From NCBI RefSeq assembly GCF_006345805.1, contig NC_043001.1, positions 85,746,001-85,810,000 on the forward strand: 64,000 nucleotides of DNA, given 5' to 3'. A model generated the notes under the pieces. It ran no database searches. It had not been told where the DNA came from and worked only from the letters and a program-made list of their open reading frames with translations. This DNA comes from Octopus sinensis (lineage: Eukaryota). Both the position numbers and the translations under genes were made by a program. Shown here piece after piece: positions 1 to 13,619 of the stretch (position 1 is its first letter; every line of letters begins with the position of its first letter).

Positions 1-1039
1 CGAGGACACCAAAACAACATCTACAGCAAATAATCAACAAACTGATGTACCTGATTCCCATAATAGTAATATCAATGATATTCAATAATATCCAATAAAA
101 GTAATATAAATGATATTCAATAGTAATATCAATGATATTCAATATTAATATCAATGAACCTATCTTATTTAACTAATACTTACTAATACCTTTCATAATG
201 TAACTGTTGTAATAAATCACTGTGTCTCATTAATAATTACTTTCTTAGGAAAAAAAATAGCGTTAAGTGCTCTATTCGTGCTCAGGGTGACGAACGTGTT
301 TACATTGGTACATTCTGTGCCTCATTCAAACATCGATGGAATAATCATAAATCTACATTTAAGCATAAAGATAAGGCTGATAGTATATCTCTAGCTAAAT
401 TAGTACATTCTCTCACTGATGATAGTATTGGCTTTAAAATTGTTTGGTCAGCATGATGAAATCGTTCGTGTGTGCTAACTATACCTTAAACTATACTTAA
501 TTATTACACCTACACTAATAAACGTTATAACTTTATATAATGAATAATTCCCTACCTCGTTTAACCATAGTTTGATCTCACAATAGTATGTATTACAACA
601 TATTCAGACTTTTTTTTGTAAAAATACTCTTTGCTTCCTCGTAGATGTATAATGTTCTAGTCGATTATAGCCGTATTTAATACCTGGACATATTTTTTTG
701 TCATATTATTGAAGTTGTAACATTCCAATGACCACATCGTTCTGTAATTTTACACCGCGAAACTTTAATGTACTACTGACTGCTTCGCTCTTGGATACTG
801 TTTGTTTTTCATTATTATACATGATTCATTACATTATTTGTATAATCCAGATGGCAGATTCAATATAATAGAAGTAATTATCTTTTATCATTATGGACCG
901 GTTATATGTTTATATGAATATGCTTGTATATGAGTCTGCATACATATTAGTTGTATTACGATGCGTTTATGTAAATATTTGTTTGTATTTGTATGTCTAA
1001 GGCAAAGCAAATTTATTCCTTAGTTCTATAATGAACTTG

Positions 1040-1233
1040 CTTTTGATATGCTGATACGCGTCTGGGAGGAATTCTTTTATCACATTGATATTGCCCGTGC
1101 TGCAGGTGGTGGCCACATTGAACATTTGTAAGACAGAAAATAAAAGTTGATTGTTACTTAGATGGAGTTTTATATTGCTCATCCTTTCTAAAATATTGCG
1201 TAATGAAATCGGTTCATTACTTTTGAATAACCG
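1040..1233 (+). mobile_element. Tc1/mariner-superfamily 3' remnant (transposase C-terminus and right TIR)
   Basis: + frame reads DMLIRVWEEFFYHIDIARAAGGGHIEHL*; followed by TIR-like aaatcggttcattacttttgaataaccg and TA. Confidence 0.55.
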
Positions 1234-2016
1234 TATATATATATATATTAGAAAGTTTGGAGATGATGTACAGGTATTTTATATTAGAAGAAATGAAGTA
1301 CTCAGAAATTCGGATGGTTTTATATATACAGATATTTATTTGTATATTATCATATATCATTTATCATATATTAGCGCTTTCGTCCATTCTAGTGGAAGTT
1401 TCAAATTGAACTATAAGTGTATATATATATATATACACTTATACACTTACACGATATAAATTTGCACATTTCAATATGAATTTGTTTACATGTATATATT
1501 TCTGTGTATGTCTATGTTCATTTATAGAAAAATCTATGCATGTACATGTATATGTGCGGGAGTTTTTTTTTTCTGCATTTATATATGTGTACGGGCATAT
1601 GTGCACGTGATGTGCATAACTGTGTGCAGCTGAATATGTTTGTATGTGTGTCTGCAGAGGCATCTTCTTGAGTGTATGTATTTATATGTACATCTATATG
1701 TATGCATATCTGTCCCTTGGTATATTATACATTTACAGGCTGTGTGTGTGTGTGTGTGTGTCTTTTTGTCTGTGTTTATCTCCCAGCGATCGCTTGACAA
1801 CAGATGTTGGTGTGTTTATGTCACTGAAACATAGCGGTTCGGCATAAGAGACGGATAGAATAAGTGCTACATTTACAAAGAACGGGTTCTGGGGTCGAAT
1901 TGTTCGACAAAGGGTGATGCCTAACATGGCCACAGTCAAATGACCCAAAACGTGAAAAGAGTATATATATCCGATTCCATACATTTATATGTATATGCAT
2001 TTATATTGTGTATATA

Positions 2017-3269
2017 CGAGGGACGTTCAATAAGTAATGCTTCTGACGCACTTCCAGGTGTTTGATCTAGTTGAAATTTTGCATGTGCACTTATTTATAC
2101 CTCTATAGATTAAGTGGCGAATTACAGCTCTGAATTTACAGGTGTTTGAACTGAGTCAGGTGTGAAATGGAGCCTGTTGAGTATCGAGCAGTGATCTGGT
2201 TTTTGTATGTGAAAGGACGCACACCACGGGAGACTTTTGATGAAATGAAAGTAACTTATGGTGATGATGCCCCATCATATGACCTTGTAAAACGCTGGCA
2301 TTGTGAATTCAATCATAGTCAGAACTCTGTGGAAACAGCTCTCAGATCTGGTCGCCCCCTTCTGCCGTTGATGAGACGTCTGTCCGCCAAGTTGAGGCTG
2401 CCATTTTGGAAGGTCAACGCATGACTATTCGCCAATTAGCCCATACGATCAAGATTAGTACCGGGTCTGTGGAAACTATCATTCATGACCATTTGCATAT
2501 GCAAAAGGTGTCTGCCAGATGGATTTCCAGGTTGCTCACACCTTTCCAGAAGCAAGAACGCGTTGAGTGCTCGAGGATGAATTTGGAGATGTGCCAAGAA
2601 GATGAGTCAAAATTTTTCAAAAGACTGATCACACAGGATAAAACCTGGGTCCATCACTATGATCCATAGACCAAAGCCCAGTCAATGCAGTGAAAGCACC
2701 GTGACTCACCTCCTCCAAAGAAGGCAAGGGTGCAGCCCTCCGCTGACAGGGTTATGCTCACAGTCTTCTGGGACCAGGACGGAGTAGTGATGACAGATTT
2801 CCTGGCAAAGGGTACCACAATTACAGGAGCCTATTATGCCTCACTTTTGAGGAAATTAAGAGAAGCTATCAAAATCAAGAGGCGGGGCAAGATCAGCAAA
2901 GGCATCCTCCTCCTGCAGGACAACGCACCGGTCCACAACTCGCGTGTCGCCAGATCAGAAGCACAGGCGTGCAGCTATGAACTCCTCCCCTTGCACCCTC
3001 TGAGTTTCACCTCTTCCCAGCCTTGAAGTTGATTTTGAAAGGAAAGCGTTTCCCAGATGATGCAGCCTTGATTTCTGAAGTCACGTCGTGGTTGGAGGAC
3101 CAAGCTGGGGTCTTCTACAAAAACGGTCTCCAGAGCTGTATCAAACGATGGGAGAAATGCATAACTCTGGGTAGTTCCTATGTAGGAAAAGACTAATAAC
3201 TGTGCCAAGTGTCGTTGCTCTACTGCTATGGGAAGTGGGTCAGGGGCATTACTTATTGAACGCCCCTCG
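2017..3269 (+). mobile_element. full-length but inactive mariner (DD34D-type) DNA transposon
   Basis: 39-bp TIRs with 4 mismatches (CGAGGGACGTTCAATAAGTAATGC...), TA target duplications at 2015-16 and 3270-71. Transposase from 2167 (MEPVEYRAVIWFL..., SGRP, WISRLL, TQDKTW, LLQDNAPVH) has frameshifts and stops. Confidence 0.92.
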
Positions 3270-3305
3270 TATGTGTTTACGTACATATATGTGAGTATAT
3301 ATGAA

Positions 3306-3602
3306 GGCGCAATGGCCCAGTAGTTAGGGCAGCGGACTCGCGGTCGTAAGATCGCAGTTTCGATTCCCAGACCGGGCGTTGTGCGTGTTTATTGAGCGAA
3401 AACACCTAAAGCTCCATGAGGCTCTGGCAGAGGGTGGTGGCGATGCCTGCTGTACACTTTTGCCACAAATGTTTCTGACTCTTTCTTTTGTTGGCCTGCT
3501 CGTTTAACCAGCGGGGTGCGTCATTTGGAGGCTAAAACAATGCAAAGCGCATTGTGACCAGCGATGTGTAACAACATCTGATAGCCTGGTCGGTCACGTG
3601 AT

Positions 3603-3610
<8 letters not shown>
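3306..3610 (+). mobile_element. tRNA-derived SINE
   Basis: A box (TGGCCCAGTAGTTAG) and B box (GTTTCGATTCC) head; head and body shared with the minus-strand copy at 11213-11503; ends at (TA)n. Confidence 0.75.
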
Positions 3611-3686
<76 letters not shown>

Positions 3687-3715
3687 TATATATAAGAGAG
3701 AGAGAGAGACCTATA

Positions 3716-4130
3716 CGAGGTTTTATCAATAAGTATCCAAACTGTTGCCTTGGTAACAAATATAAAGCACGCAGATTAAAGCTGCTTAGCAAAGGTTGAC
3801 CATGAACTCTACTGTGCCTGCGCCCTAAGTGTTAACGTTTATCTCACTTCCGCTGTTTACAGCAGTGTTTGGAAGGAAGGAGTGTAGTATGTGATCGTCG
3901 GATTGACCATGATAGAGAAAGTTGTCATGGCGATACTTGGTCAGAGCCTTACTCAAAATAGCAGAAAATATATGGAGAGGAGTGTATGAGCCTCATACAT
4001 GTGTACGAATGGCACAGATGTTTCTAAGATGTTGATATTGACAACAAAACATCCGGACAGTTAGACGTTTATCTCAGTTCTGCTGGTTGCAGATCTTCCA
4101 AAACCTTCGTCAATATCAACATCTTTGGGA
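3716..4130 (+). mobile_element. degenerate mariner 5' fragment
   Basis: TA + CGAGGTTTTATCAATAAGT TIR-like start; decayed N-terminal transposase (KIYGEECMS..VYEW). Confidence 0.5.
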
Positions 4131-4314
4131 CTCCTGCATCTAAGTACATATATATACATGTGTGTGTGTGTGAGAGGTGTGTTTACGTCCCCGTCAGCTA
4201 GTGATAAAATAAGTACTAGGCTTACAAAGAATAAGTCCTGGGATCGATTTGTTCGACTAAATTTGGTGCTACAGCGATGCCACAGTCAAATTACGGAAAC
4301 GTGTAAAAGAATAA

Positions 4315-4355
<41 letters not shown>

Positions 4356-5430
4356 GTATATGTATATGTATGTATGTATGTATGTATATACTTTGCGCGT
4401 ATGTGTCTGCCATTATCTTCGTGTGGTCTATATGCATAGTAATGTGTCTAAGAGCATACAGTTCTTTCAGCCTAATTATGTACTTTTTACTGTATCAATG
4501 ATTGTGTACATATGCTTCTATGTAGCTATGGGTATTGATTTCATTTTACTACGGTTCAGTCGGATAGAAAGTGTTTAAATAGTGATGAGGAAATGTATCT
4601 AAAATTAATGTCCATAAGCTTTTATATGTGGCCTTTCTACCTTTAAAACCTATTTTAAAACTATTGTTGTTCAATACTGTCTCTTAGTATAATCTCTTTA
4701 TCTCCTTAGTTGTCTGGACATATAAAGGTTAATTCATAATATATTTTGTTATATATACCTTTATATTATATTTTATGCGTGCTTTTACAACTGTCCTTCC
4801 TTTTCTTATTCTTTCTTGTTGCTTGTGTTAACATTAAGGATGGTTAATTCTCTTAACTTAGATCCAGGACATTAACTGATTTGAAACGAGACCTTTGTGT
4901 TTATTGACCATACCAAGATAATTTTATCTAGTCACGGTCTTCCATATATTGCATAAGTTTTTTTCTATGCATACTTAAAATTGAATCATTGGTATAACCG
5001 GAATATTCTTATGATGAGTTAGCTTTCTTTATCTGCATTGGTTTGTGTATATAGAATGATATTGTGTAATGTGTAGCATGCATGTTAGAAGAGATATGTA
5101 AGCGTAATTGATAATAAGAATATAATAATGCACTAAAATTATTATTATGTGCAAAAGGCTGCGCAACGGCCTGAATCCTAAGTACGACAGGTGATAAAAT
5201 AATTATATGCACCTTTCATGCCTCCTGTCGTATCATGGCTTATATACTCTTCGTATATTTATTTCAGCCATCACATTCCCTGGATTTCAGCTGCACGGAA
5301 CTCTGTATGGTACACATCTACATTGGTTTTACTGTGATATTTGTTAGCCGAGTTCGCTAGAGGAGCTTTCTTTGATAGCCACACAATTCTGTGAATCCAC
5401 ATACTACAATACAAATAAATATATTGTTTG

Positions 5431-5698
5431 TTCATTCTCGAGCCATGCCTGGCTCATAAGGGCCGGTTTTCCGGCTTCCTTGGCGTATAGGTCCGTCGCA
5501 GGTGAGCTGCAAGATGCAGGAGGAAAGAGTGAGAGAAAGTTGTGGCGAAAGAGTCAGCAGAAGTTCGCCATTGCCTTCTGCCAGAGCCGCGTGGTGTTTA
5601 GGTGTTTAGTTCATAAACCCGCACATCGCCCGGGATTCGAACACGCGATCCCTTGACCGCGATTCCGCTTCTCTAACCACTAGGCCATGTACTTCCAC
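5431..5698 (-). mobile_element. tRNA-derived SINE
   Basis: reverse-complement A/B-box head at the right end (ggattcgaacacgcg...ctaaccactaggcc); body related to other SINE copies. Confidence 0.7.
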
Positions 5699-6359
5699 AA
5701 ATAAATATATACATATATACAAACAAAACAAATCGCTTGCCAGAGGCATAATGTAAGTACGAACCTCTAAAGATGTGCCACACGAATACTTAAAACCCCA
5801 AATACTACGTTTTACATTAAGATTTCGCGTGATCTGGTGTTGAAAAGAGAGTTGCTACATGACAAATTGTTAGTGGTCATTAAAGCTGCGATAAAATATT
5901 TTTAGCTTTCATATATGGATTATATATACCCATATATACATATACACAAATACTATTATGAATATTTGTATGCAAATATGTAATTATGTATGTAGGTATG
6001 TGTGTATCTAACCAAACACTAAGAAATTGTATATATGCAGAAGACAATGCCTTCGATAAATTTCAAGTTTTAATATACAGCTTAAAGGTTATTTGTTAGC
6101 TATACACCTCATCGATTAGTTTACAACATTGTTCCCCTGTATGAATATCATTTTACAATATACAGATTTGGGGATTGTAGGTTTGGTAGTATGTTATTTG
6201 CATTGCCTTATGCTATTTCAACAGGAGTTCAAGTTATATCAATGGTAACACTGGCTTTCATAAAAATATGACTCTTTGGCTTCAATTCAATTTTCTCAAC
6301 TATTTTGCTACGAGGCTTCGCCTTCCTCCTATATAAGAAATCGATTATTGCTTATATAC

Positions 6360-6448
<89 letters not shown>

Positions 6449-6450
<2 letters not shown>

Positions 6451-6472
6451 AGAGAGAGAGGAGAAATGTTTG

Positions 6473-6513
<41 letters not shown>

Positions 6514-6591
6514 GCTTCGAGTCCTACTTTTTCCACCTTGTTTCACGATTATGCGCTTACTCCGTTATAGTAGATAGATAGATAGATAGAC

Positions 6592-6626
<35 letters not shown>

Positions 6627-6638
6627 AGATAGATAGAT

Positions 6639-6727
<89 letters not shown>

Positions 6728-6910
6728 CAGATATATAAACATACATACACATATAAGTGTATATATGTATGTTTGTATATATATATATATATATATTTGC
6801 ATACATATATATGCATCTATATGTGTGCATGTACAAATACATGCATATATATGTATATATAGTACATACTTACATACACACACACAAATATACGTATACG
6901 TGTGTTTGTG

Positions 6911-6954
<44 letters not shown>

Positions 6955-6962
6955 AATGTTTG

Positions 6963-7001
<39 letters not shown>

Positions 7002-7079
7002 GCTTCGAGTCCTACTTTTTCCACCTTGTTTCACGATTATGCGCTTACTCCGTTATAGTAGATAGATAGATAGATAGAC

Positions 7080-7127
<48 letters not shown>

Positions 7128-7146
7128 GATAGATAGATAGATAGAT

Positions 7147-7186
<40 letters not shown>

Positions 7187-7399
7187 TAGATAGATAGATA
7201 GATAGATAGATACAGATATATAAACATACATACACATATAAGTGTATATATATGTATGTTTGTATATATATATATATATATATATTTGCATACATATATA
7301 TGCATCTATATGTGTGCATGTACAAATACATGCATATATATGTATATATAGTACATACTTACATACACACACACAAATATACGTATACGTGTGTTTGTG

Positions 7400-7447
<48 letters not shown>
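6449..7447. repeat. two-copy tandem duplication of a ~490-bp microsatellite-rich unit
   Basis: unique anchors repeat exactly: gagaaatgtttgtatg at 6461/6951 and cgcttcgagtcctactttttccaccttgtttcacgattatgcgcttactccgttatag at 6513/7001; internal (TA)n, (GATA)n, (GA)n. Confidence 0.9.
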
Positions 7448-7450
7448 TAA

Positions 7451-7541
<91 letters not shown>

Positions 7542-7859
7542 CATAGATAGATAGATAGATGCTGTTGCGTACTCCGCCCAGAGAGGATGAAATCATATTG
7601 ACGTGAGAATTAATTTTTGCTAATTAGCGAAACTTACAAGTACCTAATAAAATAGTTAGGTATGGAAATGAGTTTGGAATTGTTCCAAATAATTGTTTTG
7701 TTTCAAACAGCCACAAGATATTAACAAGAGCTTTCGCTTGTTGACTTATAAAATAAGGTTAATCGAAATGGTCCGCTTTAGGCGAGAGAAACACTGAAGG
7801 CATTAAACAATGAAAATGTAAGCACATATAAGCGCAGACTGTTCTGTGTGGTTAAGATA

Positions 7860-8422
7860 TTGGGTTGTCCGGAAAGTTCGTGCCGATTTTTAAAGGACAG
7901 AGAATGGTCAATAAATACTTGCCGTTACATTTTTAATCAAGCAAATATGAACTATTTTGTTGCACAATGCGTCTTCATCTTTCCTTTAACTTGAAAATAC
8001 CCTCTTCCCAGAATTGAGGTGGTTTCATGGCAAAAATTCATCAAGGTATCTTTTTATGTCATCCAAGGAATTGAAATTTTTACCATTAAGACTATTCTGC
8101 AGAGATCTGAATAAGTGGAAATCTGAAGGAGCAATATTTAGTGAATATGGAGGGTGGGGTAACAGATCCCAGTCAAGCTACAGCAATTTTTGTCTTGTTC
8201 CCAAAGCATCAAGTGCCGAAAATGAACTTTCTTATCTTCCATTTTAAAGGGTTACAGAATTAACACAGTTTATAGGAACATTAACCTTCTTCCACAAAAA
8301 GATAGCTTAAACTGCGCTCTAAATGGACGTGTAGTCAAATCCTATTTTATGGACTCAACCACGTTCCAAAATAAGTCGAAATGTAAGCTTATAAATCGGC
8401 ACAAACTTTCCGGACAACCCAA
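7860..8422 (-). mobile_element. internally deleted mariner (MITE-like), inserted into a SINE
   Basis: 30-bp TIRs TTGGGTTGTCCGGAAAGTTCGTGCCGATTT (1 mismatch), TA on both sides; transposase 3' end on the minus strand; SINE head at 7832-7859 resumes at 8423. Confidence 0.9.
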
Positions 8423-10059
8423 TAGATTTGCAGTCGCACAGTTTCGGATTCAATCCTACTGAACAGCACCATTAGCAAGTGACTTCTGTTGTAGCTCCGA
8501 GACGACCAGTACCTTGCGAGCGAATTTAGCATATTTTAGTAAACGCCGATGTGATGATCTTCCGAAATATGTGCTACCAGTTAATAGTTACTAATATGCT
8601 CTTCAACGAGGACCTCATGAGAGGCAGTTCTTGTTTTTAGATGTAGAAAAGATTCCTCTCAATTCGGGATTCAATACTAAGTCATATATTCATTTCCATT
8701 ATTGTGCCTAACACTGTGGTGGTCTATATGAGGAAGGTATTAAATAGCGGAGACTGCAGCGCGCTACGTTTTCTAATACCCACTTTTACACTTAGGTGTT
8801 ATAGGTCTGAGAAACTGCGAGAAATTGTCATGAATTTGAACAAGCAACTACATTTTCTCGTTCAGAGATTTATTATTGCTTATGACAGAATTGTTTTAGT
8901 AGAAATATTAAAATCACCTTCATGCATATGCAAATGAACAAACGGATCCTCATGTGACTTCCTACAATTCTCTCGACGCTCCATTTCAATAAGTCTCTTT
9001 TCATCAGTCCCTCCAAAAGAGACATAACCGGGTGTTAGGTTTTTAGCATAAATTCAATTGGCTTTTGAACATGACTTTGACAAAAATTAGAAAATATTGT
9101 TATGCCCATTCTATTGGAACAAACAGATTTGTCTCTTGTTTTTGTAGATGACAATGTGTTAGTAAACTTTTAATATTGAGACATATGTTCTTCGCATCAG
9201 CTCTCTTGTGATGTAGCGATGAAAGATCGCTCTTTGTAAATGTAATACATCTCCATTAAGATCAATCACCGATCACCGGTGCACTATTTTTTCCGAGAGA
9301 TTTCCGCACGCATACATACATATATGTACACGTACAAAACCACTATATTTATGGAAACACACACACACACACACACACACACGCATATATATATAAAAAA
9401 CCTTCACCGAACTTGTGCCTGGGGGGGGGAGCAATCCCACGGTCAGTCATGACCGAAGGGGGTCTCAACTCAAGTCAACAATGTTTGCTTGTGTGTGGAA
9501 GGGTATGAGTCGGTGTGTTTAAGTGTATGTATCCGACCTCTGGTTACTGAGGTCAGCTAATAAAATTCGCATGTGCAGTCAACCATGAACAACAGGCCAG
9601 CGATCAGCTGGTGCCAAAACAGCTTTCCACTACGACTCATACCATTCCAAAAGACACACTCTGGCAGCAAACAACACGTATCGACCAACTACTACAAAAT
9701 TCAAACCAAGACGGACGGATGGGGTAGCCTTGAAGTTGAAGGTTTTAAATTAACGGAGGCAACACTTTGAATATGACCCGAGTAAACACAACTGGATCTC
9801 ATGCAAACAAACTGTTGCATAATGAAATACCTGTACTTTTGGAGAACCACGTTGGGTGGAAACAATTGTAGTGATTAAAAAATAACTATCCAGCCGCACT
9901 CATTCTTGTTGAATCCAATTTCTCCAATTTTATATTCACACACGACGATTACCCAAACATAAACTTAGAAGAATATAATAATGCTATCGGATAGTACTGG
10001 GCAATTCTGAGAATGGACGATCTGTATACTGTACTCTGCCACGTTCCTGACGGAATGTA

Positions 10060-10700
10060 CCGTAACTATATATATATGAAGTAAAAGGGTCAAATGGAAG
10101 AGTAAGTTGTTGGGTATAACTTCGCACCTGTCAGTATTCACTTGTGCGATTGCGTTTGGTTTTTAATTTTGATGAATTTGTATGTGCAAAAAGTTAGTTC
10201 ACCTTAGGGTTTCTAGTGAGCATAGGTATAGTTTGAACAATAGTGTTATATGCCTCATTGTCTCTAAGATTGCGAGTAGAAATATAGGGTAACATTTTAA
10301 AATCGAGTGTGTTATTTCGTTTTACTTCTCTTCGTATCTGGATATCAATTCTTTTGGCACACTTTATCCTACCATCTATTAGTGAAGGTGGATGATATCT
10401 CTTAACTAGTGTGCATTAAATTTAGCGTAGATATAGATCCCAGGTATTTTTATTAGACACAGTGTGCAAATCTTTTTTCGCTAAATTGAACGGGCTATTT
10501 ATTTTAATATGTTTCGGGTGGCAAGAGTTAAATAGTAGGCATTGTTTCGAGACTGTTAGTTTATAATAGATGTCAATTTGCATTTGACTATTGAATTTGT
10601 TTCCTTTAAGATATCAAGAAATGTAAGTTTCTCTTTGCTATATTCCATATAAATTCGGTACCCTGTATTTTAGAATAATTCAACAGACTTTTGAAACTTG
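10060..10700 (-). mobile_element. degenerate Penelope-like element, RT C-terminal/thumb region
   Basis: minus strand reads MEYSKEKLTFLDIL / IDIYYKLTVSKQCLLFNSCHPKH..PFNLA with frameshifts, matching the PLE pattern FLD...DIYYKPT...YL.F.S.HP. Confidence 0.7.
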
Positions 10701-11212
10701 TAAAACCTGTATAATTCTATGGCTTTTGAAGCGAAAGAATGGCTGAAGTCTCTATTACAGTTGTATGTTTTCATTCTTACTTTGCCTTTCAGAATTCATG
10801 GCGAAGAATATTCACTATCAGCCTGGAAACATTATTATTAACACAAAGGACGGTTTCCTGTTAAGAAATATATATTCACAAATTAATAGTCGTGTCATAT
10901 CCTTTGCTCAAAGAAATGATTTTGTGACAGATGCAAAGCATGGATGCATTGAGGTTCTGACAGTGATGAATAGGATTTCGTTTCTAGGATTTAGCTTGTA
11001 GATTTTATTCTTTTATTTGTTTCAGTTTTTAACTGCGACCATGCTGGAGCTCTATATTGAAGGTTTTTGGTTTGGAGAAATGGAACTCCGGTACTTATTC
11101 TATCAGTCATAAAACGGTGATAGGAGACAAACATAATATAGACACAAAATCATACATAGACACACCACACACATAGAGTGATATATAGTAATATTTTATT
11201 TATTTATGTGCC

Positions 11213-11503
11213 CTTTTCAATCCTAGCCAGGCTCATGGGCCCGGTTTCCCGGATTCTGTGGCGTATGTGTTCTCTCCCCCACCCCAGTTGGACGGGACGC
11301 CAGTCCATCGCAGCGTTACTCAAGAAACACGAAGAAAGAATGAGAGAAATAGTACAACAGGGGTCCCCACTACCCTCTGCCGGAGCCTCGAGGAAATTTA
11401 GGTGTTTTTGCTCAATAAACACACACAACGCCCGGTCTGGGAATCGAAACCGCGATCTTCCGACCGCGAGTCCGCTGCCCAAACCACTGGGCCATTGCGC
11501 CAC
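11213..11503 (-). mobile_element. tRNA-derived SINE
   Basis: head is the reverse complement of the 3306 SINE head; 3' part shared with 53467-53580. Confidence 0.75.
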
Positions 11504-13032
11504 CACATACAGTCATATATACACATTTATGTTGATATGTATACAGACACATACACAAACACATGCTGAGATTTCATACAAATTTCCGTCTACTAAAAAT
11601 CACTCACAAGACTTTGATCCGCTCCCGACTATAGTAAAAATAACTTGCACAACATGTTGCACAATGGGACTGAATACGAAACCATATGGTTGCAAAGCAA
11701 GATTCTTATCCACAAAACTGAGTCATCCCTTATAATTTTTTTAATTACACTACAGCGATGTTTGATTATTGATGGTTTTGGATCTTAGATGTTACGCCAG
11801 TCTACGATACAGGGGTTTTCTATCGGCTTAACATTAGGCCAGAACGTTAAGATGATCATGAATTTTTATTAGAAATTAATTAAGATCATCCAGTGTTTTA
11901 ATTACAATCATTCAGCATGCCCCGCTCTATACTGTCATAAAAATCGTTATCAATACCGTGAATGAAACGATGCTTTGCCTTTTTAGTCTCGAGACATTCC
12001 AGCAGATTCGAAAACAAAATATATTAGTCGCTGTTGTTCCTCCCACAGGAGAACAACATTTTCTCTCAAGATGGCAGCATGTTCATGACACACTCGGATC
12101 ATTGGCACAAGGGATTCTGGTACACCGCTGTTTCGACATGTTGTGTTTCGTCTGCCAGAAGTACCCTGACATTTGGAGCCTAAACAAGTCAATGATTTTA
12201 TACTTTCTGCGAAAACGAGAAACTATATCTGTCCACCGATGAAACAATTAGGCAGATATAAGCATTGGGTAGCACAATGTAACGCGAAATCTGATACGAT
12301 AATTTGCATATTTTTCTTAAAATGCCCCCATAGATTTCGTTTATTGTATGATAGCTCATATAATATGACAGATATCTCATGGATATATTGAAATATTTTG
12401 TTTGTCGCGCTAGACTTATGGAGTCTAGGAGAAACATATGGAGACTATCGTAAAATACCTTTATTCAATTATTTAATCAAAATTGCCTGTGAGTTACATC
12501 AGCATCCACAATATATGTGGGGGGGGGGTCAATTATATTTTAAGAAAAGTAAGCTGCAAGCTAAGAAATAGCTGTTATAGCTCTTGTATGAAAATTATTC
12601 TCTTGGATGAATATATTCATTAATTTTGATAATTCAAATCGAAGTAGAAAAAATACATAAAAGATATGAAATATAGAAAAATAGAAAACATGCAACTTAC
12701 AGACAATTGTCATTACCATAATTGGTGGAAAATTTTATTTCTTTTTCATGCTTAATATTTAACTTTTATATGCGCCTCAACAAAAATGTAGAATATCATT
12801 CAGGATATAGCAAAGAAATGTCTGGGCTATGCTTAGAGTTCAAATTCCACCGAGTTCGATTCTGCCTTTCATGCTTTCGGGGTCGCTCAACCTGGAGAAA
12901 AAATAAGTACCAGTTGAACACTGGAGTGGATGTAATTGTCTTAACCCTCTCCGAAATCGTTGGCCTTGTGCCAAACTTTTAAACCTCTGTTGTTACTGTT
13001 GTTGATGATGATGTTGTTGTTGTTATTAAACC

Positions 13033-13165
13033 GGCGAGCTGGCAGAATCGTTAGCACGCTGGGCGAAATGTTTAGCGGCATTTCAGCTGTCGTTATGTTC
13101 TGGGTTCTAATTACGCCGAGGTCGAGTTTGCCTTTCATCCTTTTAGGGTCGATGAAATATCTAGA
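13033..13165 (+). mobile_element. abundant tRNA-related SINE, GGCGAGCTGGCAGAATCGTTAG family (other copies ~28981, ~29603, ~45089, ~59875)
   Basis: same head and gtcgac..tttgcctttcatcctt..ggggtcgat body recur in the window. Confidence 0.7.
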
Positions 13166-13169
13166 TGTT

Positions 13170-13380
13170 CTGACATCCCATTTTTTTATCATACCTAGGG
13201 CACCTACAATAACAGGAACAGTTCTTTTGTTGTTCACTTTCCAGTTCCTTATATTTACTTAATTTGTCAAGTTCTTTTGCAGATATATTTTTATTAGTAG
13301 GAACACTTACATCTATTAGTCTACAAGTAATTTTTTCCAAGTCTTTAATAGTTATTTCTGGTCGATTAACCTGGATCGCT
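13170..13380 (-). mobile_element. R4/Dong-clade REL endonuclease fragment
   Basis: NRPEITIKDLEKITCRLIDVSVP...KELDKLSKYKELE / TVPVIVGALGMIKK; abuts a (TAT)/(AGT)n tract. Confidence 0.8.
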
Positions 13381-13406
13381 ATTATTATTATTAGTAGTAG
13401 TAGTAA

Positions 13407-13438
<32 letters not shown>

Positions 13439-13448
13439 GTAGTAGTAC

Positions 13449-13487
<39 letters not shown>

Positions 13488-13570
13488 CAGCAGCAGCAGC
13501 AGTAGTAGTAGTAGCAGAAGTAGTAGTAGTATTAGTTGTAGCAGCAGCAGCAGCAGCAGCAGTGGTAGTG

Positions 13571-13603
<33 letters not shown>

Positions 13604-13617
13604 TAGTAGTAGTAGTA
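13381..13617. repeat. compound (TAT)/(AGT)n/(AGC)n microsatellite
   Basis: direct reading. Confidence 0.95.
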
Positions 13618-13619
13618 TG

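Noticed and set aside
62-156. Short ~21-bp degenerate tandem repeat (aatagtaatatcaatgatattc)
   Set aside because: Few copies of an ordinary AT-rich minisatellite with no further structure.
3306-3380. tRNA-like sequences here and at other SINE heads (5640-5698, 11440-11503, 15636-15665, 53660-53732)
   Set aside because: They have A/B boxes but no complete cloverleaf and continue into repeated SINE bodies, so they are not tRNA genes.
12040-12185. Candidate exon after cctcccacag (ENNIFSQDGSMFMTHSDHW...)
   Set aside because: No recognisable protein similarity or consistent gene model on either strand.
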